From Thermoplasmata archaeon (GTDB lineage: Archaea; Thermoplasmatota; Thermoplasmata; Thermoplasmatales; ARK-15): 64,000 nucleotides of DNA. Where the stretch lies: positions 1,697 through 65,696 of the forward strand of contig JAVYRZ010000006.1 in the NCBI GenBank assembly GCA_038729465.1, written 5' to 3'. The notes below the pieces were generated by a model, which saw nothing but the letters and a program-made list of their open reading frames with translations, searched no databases and was not told the DNA's origin. Both the position numbers and the translations under genes were made by a program. Below, piece after piece: positions 30,003 to 38,932 of the stretch; position 1 is the stretch's first letter; each line of letters opens with the position of its first letter.

Positions 30003-30094
30003 TAATTACTCTAAACTAGTACAATATCTATAAATCTTTTGGTTCCGGCAATCTAAATATATATATACTAAAGATGCAATTCGCCTTACCTGTT

Positions 30095-32377
30095 ATGAAA
30101 ATTCTAATAATAGCCGAAAAGTTCAACGTTGCGCAAAAAATTGCATATTATTTGTCAGATGGCAAATCCAAAACTGTTAGAGATGGAGCTCAAATATATT
30201 TTCATTTTGAAAATAATAACAATGAATATTTTGTAATTGGATTAAAAGGGCATGTTATAGAATTAGACTATGAAAAAGATCTGAGCCACTGGAATATAGA
30301 AACCATTAAAAAATTGCCAAAAAGCAAACCTATAAAAATTATAAAAAATAAAGGCATAATTAACACTCTTAAAAAATTAGTAAAAAATATAGATCAGATC
30401 ATAGTGGCTACAGATTACGATCGTGAGGGCGAGCTTATAGGCGTAGAGGTTCTTGATGCACTGGATGCAAAAAATTTTAAGAGAGCAAAATTTAGCACTA
30501 TAACCAAGAACGAGATAAAAGATTCGTTTGAGAATTTGATTGACGTTAATTTTAAGCTGTCAGACTCTGCAGAATCAAGGCAGTTTGTAGACCTTGCATG
30601 GGGCGCAGCACTGACCAGATTTCTGTCTATCATTGCAGAGCATAAAGGCAAGAGTTTCTTGTCTGTAGGAAGAGTGCAAAGCCCTACTTTGGCACTGATC
30701 GTAGATCGGGAAAGGCAAATTTTAGAGTTTATACCTGTTCCTTACTGGAACATTTTTGCGGATTTTAAACATTCTGTTAATTTTACTGGCTCGCACATAA
30801 AAAATCCGTTTGAAAAAGATCCTGCAGATATATTTAATAGCATTAAGGATGAAAAAAAAGGAACTGTTAAAACCTTTGAAAAAGAGACTCGAAAAATATA
30901 TCCTCCAATTCCATTTAATACAACTGACTTTTTGAGAGAATCTACAAAACTAGGCATTTCAGTGTCAAATAGCATGAAAATTGCTGAGGATCTGTACATG
31001 TCAGGATATATTTCATATCCTAGAACTGACAATACTGTTTACCCTAAAGCATTGAATCTTACGATAGCACTGAAGAATATTATGGGATCTGAATTTGACA
31101 GAGAAATCAGTGAGATTCTATCTCAGGATAAAATAATACCTTCCAGAGGAAAAGTTTCTACGACCGATCATCCTCCTATATATCCCGTAAAACCTGCCAA
31201 AAAGAAAAGCTTGAAAAAAGCATACTGGGATGTTTACGAGCTTATAGTGCGCAGATTTCTGGCAACATTAGCGCCGTCGGCAGTGACAAGTAATGCAAAT
31301 GCAATGATTGAAATAAAAACCGAAGATTTTTCAGCTAAAGGCTTAAAAATTATTAGTCCTGGTTGGTCCAAGTATTATCCATATATAAGAATAGTAGAAC
31401 AAGAGTTACCAGATCTAACTCCGGGAGAGCTGATACCAGTTTCTGATATAAGAAAAGAAGAAAAAATGACCTTGCCGCCACCTAGATATAATCAGTCCAG
31501 TTTATTAAAAGAAATGGAGCGATTGAAGCTTGGCACTAAAAGTACCAGGCCTGAAATCATAGAAAAATTGTTTACCAGAGGTTATATTGAAGGAAATCCT
31601 ATCAGACCTACAAATCTTGGATTTGCGTTAGTTGAAGCATTGGAAAAGAACAAAGTTGATGCAGTAAAGCCTCAAATGACCGAAAAATTAGAAATAGATA
31701 TGGACCAGATAGTTGAAGGGACTGTAAACAAAGAAAAAGTTATAGATGACTCTAATAATATGCTAGCACATGTTATTTCAGAACTGGAGTCCAAGCAGGA
31801 TCAGATCAGATCAGAACTTAAAGAAGCAATACGCTCCGACACCATATTTGGTAAATGTCCAAAATGTGGAAGTGACTTAATTCTCGTTAAGTTCAAGGGA
31901 GGAAAGTTTCTAAAATGCTCATCTCCCACATGCGATTTTAGAACTTCATTGCCAAAGACAGGAAAAATCGAGATCACCGATCAGAAATGTGAAATTTGTG
32001 GATCTCCGCTGATTAAAATAATCAGGAAGGGACAGAGTGTAGAACTTAGATGTATAAACGATAAATGTGAATTTAATAAGAAAAAAGATTATTTAGGTAA
32101 GTGCCCAAATTGCGGAAAAGATCTGGTAGTTAGACAATCTAAAAATGGTAAGCGATTCGTGGGTTGCACTGGCTATCCAACCTGTACAGTTACTTATCCT
32201 CTTCCACAAAAAGGCAAAATCACATTCACTGGAGAAAACTGTCCAGTATGTAAAGCTCCATTGATAATTTTAGATTTTGGAAAAAGTAAGCGTAAAGTCT
32301 GTGTAGACTATAAATGCGCGTATAACAAAAAGAGCTCTGATAGATCAGAGACAATAAAAAATAAGCATGAAAATTAA
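30095..32377 (+). CDS. topA: DNA topoisomerase I (type IA) with multiple C-terminal Zn ribbons
   Basis: Toprim domain (LIIAEK...ATDYDREGE), active-site region YISYPRTDN, and four CxxC...CxxC ribbons. The start is set at MKILIIAEK; the track start is 30074. Confidence 0.9.
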   Translation: MKILIIAEKFNVAQKIAYYLSDGKSKTVRDGAQIYFHFENNNNEYFVIGLKGHVIELDYEKDLSHWNIETIKKLPKSKPIKIIKNKGIINTLKKLVKNIDQIIVATDYDREGELIGVEVLDALDAKNFKRAKFSTITKNEIKDSFENLIDVNFKLSDSAESRQFVDLAWGAALTRFLSIIAEHKGKSFLSVGRVQSPTLALIVDRERQILEFIPVPYWNIFADFKHSVNFTGSHIKNPFEKDPADIFNSIKDEKKGTVKTFEKETRKIYPPIPFNTTDFLRESTKLGISVSNSMKIAEDLYMSGYISYPRTDNTVYPKALNLTIALKNIMGSEFDREISEILSQDKIIPSRGKVSTTDHPPIYPVKPAKKKSLKKAYWDVYELIVRRFLATLAPSAVTSNANAMIEIKTEDFSAKGLKIISPGWSKYYPYIRIVEQELPDLTPGELIPVSDIRKEEKMTLPPPRYNQSSLLKEMERLKLGTKSTRPEIIEKLFTRGYIEGNPIRPTNLGFALVEALEKNKVDAVKPQMTEKLEIDMDQIVEGTVNKEKVIDDSNNMLAHVISELESKQDQIRSELKEAIRSDTIFGKCPKCGSDLILVKFKGGKFLKCSSPTCDFRTSLPKTGKIEITDQKCEICGSPLIKIIRKGQSVELRCINDKCEFNKKKDYLGKCPNCGKDLVVRQSKNGKRFVGCTGYPTCTVTYPLPQKGKITFTGENCPVCKAPLIILDFGKSKRKVCVDYKCAYNKKSSDRSETIKNKHEN

Positions 32378-32445
32378 AAAAATATAGCATATATGTGTTT
32401 GTATTGAAAGAGTTTTTATAAAACTAGGTAATTTACCTTTTTGCA

Positions 32446-32712
32446 ATGTCTAATATTAAAAATCAAAATGATATAGTAATGATCCCAAAAGAGCTATTAC
32501 CTATATGGAAGATGAGATTAAAAGATAAATTTGATTTAATTGTGTCTGATTCAATTTTAAAAATCTTAATTATAGCACATTACAGCAAAGGCAGCTGGAA
32601 ATGGCATAGAGCATATGAAGAGATTGTAAAGCAGTATAAAGAAGAAGGATATAACGTGAAATCGGCTCAAGAAAAAGCGAATATATTGATCAAAGCATTT
32701 TCTGGACTATGA
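32446..32712 (+). CDS. Hypothetical protein (88 aa)
   Basis: ORF with a 4-nt overlap to the next gene. No motif recognised. Confidence 0.45.
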   Translation: MSNIKNQNDIVMIPKELLPIWKMRLKDKFDLIVSDSILKILIIAHYSKGSWKWHRAYEEIVKQYKEEGYNVKSAQEKANILIKAFSGL

Positions 32713-33311
32713 GAAAAAAAGATATTGAATTACTGTTGCAGAACCTAGACTTTTTAGAAGATTCAAACAATTTACTGGAGCAATATCGAACCCCTGCATC
32801 TATAGCGGCAGATCTATTGCACATTGCATATATGCAGGGAGATATATCGAATAAAGTTGTGGCAGATCTTGGTTGTGGTAATGGAATTTTTGCAATAGGT
32901 GCTGCAATTTTGGGAGCTAAGAAAGTGTATGCTTTAGATATAGATCCAAGGCAGTTAAAAATTGCGGAAAAAAATGCAAGAAATTTAAATTTAGGCATAG
33001 AGTATATAAATAAAGATGTTAAGGACTTTGATATAGAATCAGATACCATACTTGAAAATCCACCATTTGGATCGCAGACTAGAAACGCGAACATACCTTT
33101 TTTAGAAAAAATTAAGTATGGAAAAATATCTTATATTTTATACCATAAAAAGAGCATTGAATTTGTTTATGCAAAGATTAAAGAACTAGGTTATTTTATA
33201 GACTTCCAGAAAAGTTATAGTTTTGAACTTCCATATCAATTTAGCTTTCATAAAAAAGCAAAAAAATATATTGAGGTAATATTATTAAGGGTAAAAGGTG
33301 AATTTACTTGA
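32709..33311 (+). CDS. METTL5-like N6-adenine RNA methyltransferase (COG2263 type)
   Basis: ADLGCGNGIFAIGAA SAM motif and ENPPFG catalytic motif. Confidence 0.75.
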   Translation: MRKKDIELLLQNLDFLEDSNNLLEQYRTPASIAADLLHIAYMQGDISNKVVADLGCGNGIFAIGAAILGAKKVYALDIDPRQLKIAEKNARNLNLGIEYINKDVKDFDIESDTILENPPFGSQTRNANIPFLEKIKYGKISYILYHKKSIEFVYAKIKELGYFIDFQKSYSFELPYQFSFHKKAKKYIEVILLRVKGEFT

Positions 33312-33874
33312 AAAAAATTGTATTGCCAGGAGAAAAAATAGGTGCTGCAGAAGAGTATTTGCCAGGCTATGGTACAAAAGAAGAGAATGGTATGATATAT
33401 GCTACCGTTGTGGGGGAAGTATTAACAGATTCGAAAAACATGATAATATCTGTAGTTCCAGCAAACCCGATAGGTGAGTTAAAAGTTGGAGATTTAGTGT
33501 ATGGAGTGATAACAGACCTGATGAAAGATTTTGTTATTGTACAGGTGATAGTAAATGGAGATTTTGAATCTATAGCTGGTGGTGTACAAACAGGTACCGT
33601 TCACATATCTAAAATATCAAAAGTATATGTGGACAAAAGCGACGAAGAATTCAAAGTGGGGGATATAGTGAGAGCCAAAGTGATCAAGGTAAAGCCTTCT
33701 TTGCAGTTAGCGACAAATGAGGATGATTTAGGAGTGATAAAAGCATATTGTGGTCGCTGCAAAAAAGCTTTAATAAGAGAGAATGATTTACTTGTTTGTA
33801 CAAGATGTAAAAGGAAAGAGAAGCGTAAGATAGCAAAAGATTATGGACTTGTAGAATTTAAATATAAAAATTGA
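33308..33874 (+). CDS. csl4: Exosome complex RNA-binding protein Csl4
   Basis: N-terminal PGE..G motif, a central S1-like domain and a C-terminal Zn ribbon (CGRCKKAL...CTRCK). TTG start overlaps the upstream stop. Confidence 0.75.
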   Translation: MKKIVLPGEKIGAAEEYLPGYGTKEENGMIYATVVGEVLTDSKNMIISVVPANPIGELKVGDLVYGVITDLMKDFVIVQVIVNGDFESIAGGVQTGTVHISKISKVYVDKSDEEFKVGDIVRAKVIKVKPSLQLATNEDDLGVIKAYCGRCKKALIRENDLLVCTRCKRKEKRKIAKDYGLVEFKYKN

Positions 33875-33888
33875 TGGGAGGATTAAAA

Positions 33889-34044
33889 ATGAAAAATAAA
33901 AATAATAAAAATAGCTTAGACAAAGAGGTAAAAGATCTAAAAAAAGAAGTGCAAGAAATGAAAACTGCATTAAGAGACCTTATTCAGTTTGTGTTTAAAG
34001 ATGATGATGAAGAGGATGAATTCGGACCTTTTTCTAATAATTAG
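33889..34044 (+). CDS. Small coiled-coil/acidic-tail protein (51 aa, absent from the ORF track)
   Basis: Hand translation gives MKNKNNKNSLDKEVKDLKKEVQEMKTALRDLIQFVFKDDDEEDEFGPFSNN. GGGAGGA lies 8 nt upstream of the ATG. Confidence 0.5.
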   Translation: MKNKNNKNSLDKEVKDLKKEVQEMKTALRDLIQFVFKDDDEEDEFGPFSNN

Positions 34045-34076
34045 AACGTGAAAAAATAAAGTAGGTGAAAAATAGT

Positions 34077-34292
34077 ATGGCTATGCCTTTGAAAGTGATG
34101 GAAGAGTTTTTGAATAAAAGAGTATCGATGCTATTGAAAGATAATAGAATATTAGAAGGTAAACTTGTAGGTTATGACGAATATATGAACATGATCCTAG
34201 AAGATACTGAAGAAACTGCCGCCGAAACTGTGAGAAAGTTAGGAGTTGTAGTTGTAAGAGGTAACAATGTAGTGAGAATTTCAGCAAAATAG
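34077..34292 (+). CDS. Sm-like (LSm) archaeal protein
   Basis: Sm1/Sm2 motifs: LKDNRILEGKLVGYDEYMNMILED ... VVVRGNNVVRIS. AGGTGA lies upstream of the ATG at 34077. Confidence 0.9.
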   Translation: MAMPLKVMEEFLNKRVSMLLKDNRILEGKLVGYDEYMNMILEDTEETAAETVRKLGVVVVRGNNVVRISAK

Positions 34293-34301
34293 TTGGTGAA
34301 C

Positions 34302-36398
34302 ATGGTAAAATGCATTAAATGTGGTGGGGAAATAGATAAAGATACACATACATGCAAGAGCTGTGGTTATGTTTATTCTTCCGAAGAAATGGAAAAACTA
34401 CTAATGAGCGATAACGTAAAGCAATGGTTATCTGATAATGTAAGCGCAGATCAAGTGGAAGAAAAAGACGTTTTGCAGAAATGGTTATTAGGAGATGATC
34501 AATCTCTTGAGAAGCTAATTTCGGAGATTGACAGTGGTTTGAGAGAGCTTACTGAGGAAGAGATCAAATCTATAGATACGAATATCTCTTCCAGATTAAA
34601 AGAGCTAGCTTTTAAACAGAAAGAATTTGAAGAAAGAGAGCATAAGATCATTGAGCTGGAGAAACAGTTACAGAACCTTTTAGATAAATTTAAAAAAGAA
34701 AATGCTAGCATCAATGACATATATAATGAAAATATAGCCCTTTTAAAAGAAAACAATGAGCTAAAATATTTACTTTCAAAACAAAATAAAAAGATCTATG
34801 ATTATGATAGTTTTATGAGCGAAATTGGAAAACTGCTGGATGTTGATCCCTCTAAAGTCGGCGGTGTTTACATATTCAAAAAGAGGATAAAGGATATAAT
34901 TTATCAAAAAGAGAGTTTGGTATATACACTAAACAGCAAAGAAAATGAGCTGGAATTGATAAAAGGGCAGTTAGAAAATGCTTTAAATACATTGCCGAAG
35001 GACTTAAAAGCTTTAGAAAAGAAAGAGCTGGAGTTAAATCAGCTAAAAATATCTTTAGATAATTTAAAAAATGAGTTAACTCTTCGAGAACAGCAGTTAA
35101 AGCAAGAAAGTTTTTTAATGAAAGAAAATGAAGAAATTGGGAATATTGAAGATTTAAAAGCAGAGTTAGAAAAAAAGAATGCAGAAATAGACAGATACAG
35201 ATCAGAGCTTAAATTCAGGGATGAGCTTTTGTCTTCTTCTTCAAAGAAGATTGATATTACATATCTTTCAGAAAAGATGGGTGAGGAGATACAAAAATAT
35301 AGGTTAGAGATTGAAGATTTAAAAACTGCGCTAGCTTTAAAAGAAAAAGAATCTGAAAAGCTTTCTGAGAGGCTAAAATATAAAGATGAAGAAATTAGCA
35401 GAAGAGAGACGGATCTAAATTATAGGGAGAAAAAGTTGCAGGAACAGTTAAAACAGTATGAGATGGATAAGATAGAAATCTCTAATTTTAGAGAACTGCA
35501 AAAGCAACACAATCTGGAAAACCTAAATGAAGCAATAAAATTAAAAGAAGAAGAGTTGAGGACTAAGACAAAATATTTAGAAGCAAAAGAGCGCGAGATA
35601 GAATTGAAAGAGAAAGGGTTGATACAAAAGGAGATTGATAATTCTAAAGAAGAAGTGGCATTGGAAATAAAGCAAGAAAAAGTAAAGACTGGGACTCGAA
35701 GACTTGATGATCTTTTATTTGGTGGTTTTCCGATTGGGTCAAACGTCATAGTTTACGGTCCTGCTTATTCTGGTAAAGAAGTATTGATTTATTCATTCAT
35801 AGCGGAAGGATTGAAGAAAGGAGTTATCTCCATCATTTTGCTATTAGACAAAACTTTAGAAGAAGTTATGCAAGACATGAAATTTGTGTTACCGGAAATT
35901 GAAGAATACAGGACTAAAGGATTATTATATATCATCGATGCGTATTCTAGAAGCATTGGAGATAAAACAGTAGTGGAAGGGGTTGAATATATAAGTTCGC
36001 AGACAGACGTAAATTCAATTATGAACAGCATCGATGAGATCGTACAAAAAAATAAAAGTTCTGAAAAATATTACAGGCTAGCAGTTTTAAGTTTGTCAAC
36101 TCTGCTTACATTTATGGATAACCAGCAATTATTGAAGTTTTTACAGCCATTTACTACTAAGAGAAAAAGGGATAAAGGAGTGTCTATGTACATGATGGAG
36201 AAGGGAATACACAGCGAAAATGAGGTACAGATGATATCGTATCTTATGGATGGAATAATTGAATTTAAAACTGAAGGCTCTAAAACATTATTGATGGTAA
36301 AAGGCGTTTCTGAAGTTCAGAGCAGATCCTGGATAGAAGTTACACCTTCTAAGACTGGATTAATAATGGGCTCTTTTACTCTCGGGCACATAAAGTGA
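34302..36398 (+). CDS. Zn-ribbon / long coiled-coil / KaiC-RecA-like domain protein with a degenerate P-loop
   Basis: N-terminal CIKCGG...CKSCG. About 400 aa of E/K/L-rich heptad-like sequence. The C-terminal RRLDDLLFGGFPIGSNVIVYGPAYSGKEVL is KaiC/ArlH-like but its Walker A ends GKE rather than GK[ST]. GGTGA lies upstream of the ATG at 34302. Confidence 0.7.
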   Translation: MVKCIKCGGEIDKDTHTCKSCGYVYSSEEMEKLLMSDNVKQWLSDNVSADQVEEKDVLQKWLLGDDQSLEKLISEIDSGLRELTEEEIKSIDTNISSRLKELAFKQKEFEEREHKIIELEKQLQNLLDKFKKENASINDIYNENIALLKENNELKYLLSKQNKKIYDYDSFMSEIGKLLDVDPSKVGGVYIFKKRIKDIIYQKESLVYTLNSKENELELIKGQLENALNTLPKDLKALEKKELELNQLKISLDNLKNELTLREQQLKQESFLMKENEEIGNIEDLKAELEKKNAEIDRYRSELKFRDELLSSSSKKIDITYLSEKMGEEIQKYRLEIEDLKTALALKEKESEKLSERLKYKDEEISRRETDLNYREKKLQEQLKQYEMDKIEISNFRELQKQHNLENLNEAIKLKEEELRTKTKYLEAKEREIELKEKGLIQKEIDNSKEEVALEIKQEKVKTGTRRLDDLLFGGFPIGSNVIVYGPAYSGKEVLIYSFIAEGLKKGVISIILLLDKTLEEVMQDMKFVLPEIEEYRTKGLLYIIDAYSRSIGDKTVVEGVEYISSQTDVNSIMNSIDEIVQKNKSSEKYYRLAVLSLSTLLTFMDNQQLLKFLQPFTTKRKRDKGVSMYMMEKGIHSENEVQMISYLMDGIIEFKTEGSKTLLMVKGVSEVQSRSWIEVTPSKTGLIMGSFTLGHIK

Positions 36399-36402
36399 GT
36401 AA

Positions 36403-36819
36403 ATGTATTTTCTAATCAGCATAAGACACAGTTACTTGAAATCTCAGGTATTGACAAAAATTTTAAATTTTTGTGTATCAAAAGAAATAGAGTTACTGTA
36501 TGAACAGTATAACGGAAAGATATTGCTTAATACTGTTGATATAAAATATTTTTTAGATACACTGGAAGAGTTGTCTACAGTTCAGGAAGTATATAAGATA
36601 AATGGTTTCACAGATCTGAAAGCTATTTTCATGGACAAAAAATACAATACTTTCGCAGTACGCACAAATACAGATAACTCTGCGAAGTACAACCAGCAAG
36701 TAGGAACCATAATTTCAGAATCGTTTCCAGATCTAAAAGTGGATTTAAAGAATCCGGATATTACTGTGCATTTAGAATATTTAGGAAAGGCATGGTACTA
36801 TTTTGTAAAAGTTATCTAA
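36403..36819 (+). CDS. THUMP-like domain protein
   Basis: The FAVRTN...DLKNPDITVHLEY pattern resembles THUMP/ThiI N-terminal domains. Weak call. Confidence 0.4.
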   Translation: MYFLISIRHSYLKSQVLTKILNFCVSKEIELLYEQYNGKILLNTVDIKYFLDTLEELSTVQEVYKINGFTDLKAIFMDKKYNTFAVRTNTDNSAKYNQQVGTIISESFPDLKVDLKNPDITVHLEYLGKAWYYFVKVI

Positions 36820-36920
36820 AATATTATCATATCATTGCTTTAAAAATTAATTCTATATTTTATGATAAAATCAAGAAAGTTTTAAATAGTAAGGTTGATA
36901 TAAAATTAGATGGTGAAAAG

Positions 36921-38306
36921 ATGAGAATTTTGTTTGTATCTCCTCCTACAAGTTCTGTAGTAAAAGAGATATTGAATACTACGACACCTCCTTTAGGCCT
37001 TGCGTATTTAGCTTCAGTTGCACGTCAGAAAGGAAATGAAGTAAGGATTATAGACTCTTTAGTGATGAATATGAGTTTTGATAATCTAGAAAAAGAGATC
37101 AAAAACTATAATCCTGATATCGTTGCGATTACCTCTACAACTTCGATGATATATGATGCTTATAAAGTTTCAGAGATATCTAAGAACATTAATAATAAAA
37201 TTAAAGTTGTGCTAGGTGGTCCGCATGTCACCTTTACACCTGATATCACATTTAGTGAAAATCCAAATGTTGATTTTATAGTTCGTGGCGAGGGAGAAAC
37301 TGTATTTTCAAATCTATTAGATTTTCTGGATGGAAATTATAATATAAGAGATATCAGAGGTTTAAGCTATAAGAAAGATGATAAAGTTATAAACAATCCT
37401 CCAGAATTATTGATAAAAGATATAGATACAATACCATTTCCTGCATTAGATCTATTGCCTATGGATAGATATATGATGGACAATAGACCTTTTGGAACAA
37501 TAATGACTTCTAGAGGCTGTCCTTACAACTGCTCATTTTGCTCATCGTCATTGCAATTTGGAAAACAGTGGAGAGGTCATTCAAGTGAAAGGGTAATAGA
37601 AGAATTAAAAATATTATCGGAAAAATATCGGAAAAAAGAGATAGAATTTCTGGATGATACGTTCACGTTGAACATGAAAAGAGCATTGGAACTCACTGAA
37701 AAGATGAGAAAAGAGAAGCTGGACATTACCTGGTCGGCGTCTTCAAGGGTTAATTTATTTACTGATGAATTAGCAAGATCCATGAAAAATGCCGGGCTAC
37801 ACACAATATATTTTGGAATAGAATCTGGTAGCCAAAAAACGTTGGATTTTATAGGGAAAGGAATAAATTTAGATCTGGCTATCCAGGCAGTGAAAAAAGC
37901 TAACAATGCAGGGCTGCATTCTCTTGGTTCATTTATAATAGGATTCCCTGATGAAACAATTGAAGATGTAAAAAATACAATTAATTTTTCCAAAAAATTA
38001 AAAGTGACGGTAGCTCAGTTTACCATTGCCACTCCCTATCCAGGTACCAAACTTTGGGATTATGTGACGGAAAAGAAGTTGTTGCTGTCAAGAGACTGGA
38101 GAATGTTCACGACTTTAAGCCCGATAATCAAGCTGAAAAATTTTACATCTAAGCAAATACAAACATGGCTTACGAAAGCATATATCAACTTTTATTTCAG
38201 GCCCGTGTACTTAATAAAAGATATTGTAAAAGAAAACGGATTTGCATTTCGTAGAATATTACATTTCCCAATACATTCAATCAAGTCACTCACTTCTAAA
38301 AGTTGA
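36921..38306 (+). CDS. B12-binding-domain radical SAM protein (461 aa), paralogue of 57384-58769
   Basis: N-terminal MRILFVSPP...PPLGLAYLAS...DIVAITS is a cobalamin-binding Rossmann-like domain. SRGCPYNCSFCSS is the CxxxCxxC radical SAM cluster motif. GGTGA lies 5 nt upstream of the ATG at 36921; the track start 36792 overlaps the previous gene. Confidence 0.85.
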   Translation: MRILFVSPPTSSVVKEILNTTTPPLGLAYLASVARQKGNEVRIIDSLVMNMSFDNLEKEIKNYNPDIVAITSTTSMIYDAYKVSEISKNINNKIKVVLGGPHVTFTPDITFSENPNVDFIVRGEGETVFSNLLDFLDGNYNIRDIRGLSYKKDDKVINNPPELLIKDIDTIPFPALDLLPMDRYMMDNRPFGTIMTSRGCPYNCSFCSSSLQFGKQWRGHSSERVIEELKILSEKYRKKEIEFLDDTFTLNMKRALELTEKMRKEKLDITWSASSRVNLFTDELARSMKNAGLHTIYFGIESGSQKTLDFIGKGINLDLAIQAVKKANNAGLHSLGSFIIGFPDETIEDVKNTINFSKKLKVTVAQFTIATPYPGTKLWDYVTEKKLLLSRDWRMFTTLSPIIKLKNFTSKQIQTWLTKAYINFYFRPVYLIKDIVKENGFAFRRILHFPIHSIKSLTSKS

Positions 38307-38596
38307 TTTTCATTGTTTTTACGAAATAAAAAGAAAAGTTTTATTTATAATGTGTTTGGAAAAGCTGTAAAAGTTCGATTCTTTAGCGAGAAGGTACAAG
38401 GGCTTCTAACAATAGAAAAGTTCATATAAATTAAGGTAATAAGAGATTTGCTCAGAGAACTAGTCAGCAAGCAGGAAAGAGAAATTCTGAAATCACACGT
38501 ATGGAGAGTGCAATGCCAGTATTATCTACTACTCTTTGAGCCAGAAACACGATCCTTTGGTGTGAAGATATCTACTATTTAGTTAAGGGTAGAGAA

Positions 38597-38669
38597 GCCG
38601 TGGTAGCTCAGTAGGGAGAGCGCAAGACTGAAGATCTTGAGGCCGCTGGTTCAATCCCGGCCCACGGCA
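38597..38669 (+). tRNA. tRNA-Phe (anticodon GAA), no encoded CCA
   Basis: Folded by hand. Acceptor GCCGTGG/CCACGGC. D-arm GCTC-AGTAGGGA-GAGC. Anticodon stem CAAGA/TCTTG with loop CTGAAGA. T-arm GCTGG-TTCAATC-CCGGC. Confidence 0.9.
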
Positions 38670-38932
38670 CTTTTATATAAATTCAAAGGCATAACTATTT
38701 TTAATATCCATATACTAAAATCTATTATATTTTGATAGATAGGCATTGTATATCTTTTAAAGAGAAGTTATGGATTTTGGAGAAACCGCTTACTCTGAAG
38801 ATCTTTTATATTTAAAAACAGCCCAAAGATTTAGAGAAGATTGCATCAATTCAGAGTTTAACGAAGCCTGGCAATGTCATAAAACAAACTATATAAAATT
38901 TAAATAATAAGAGGTATTAAAGAAAATTGAGA

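Noticed and set aside
38307-38932. Integrated-element boundary or hidden ncRNA (RNase P/SRP) around tRNA-Phe, and a 45-aa ORF at 38770-38907
   Set aside because: About 290 bp and 260 bp of non-coding DNA flank the tRNA. I found no duplicated tRNA 3' segment (att-like repeat), no integrase, and no RNase P (GGAAAGUCC-type) or SRP motifs. The small ORF has no SD or motif support.
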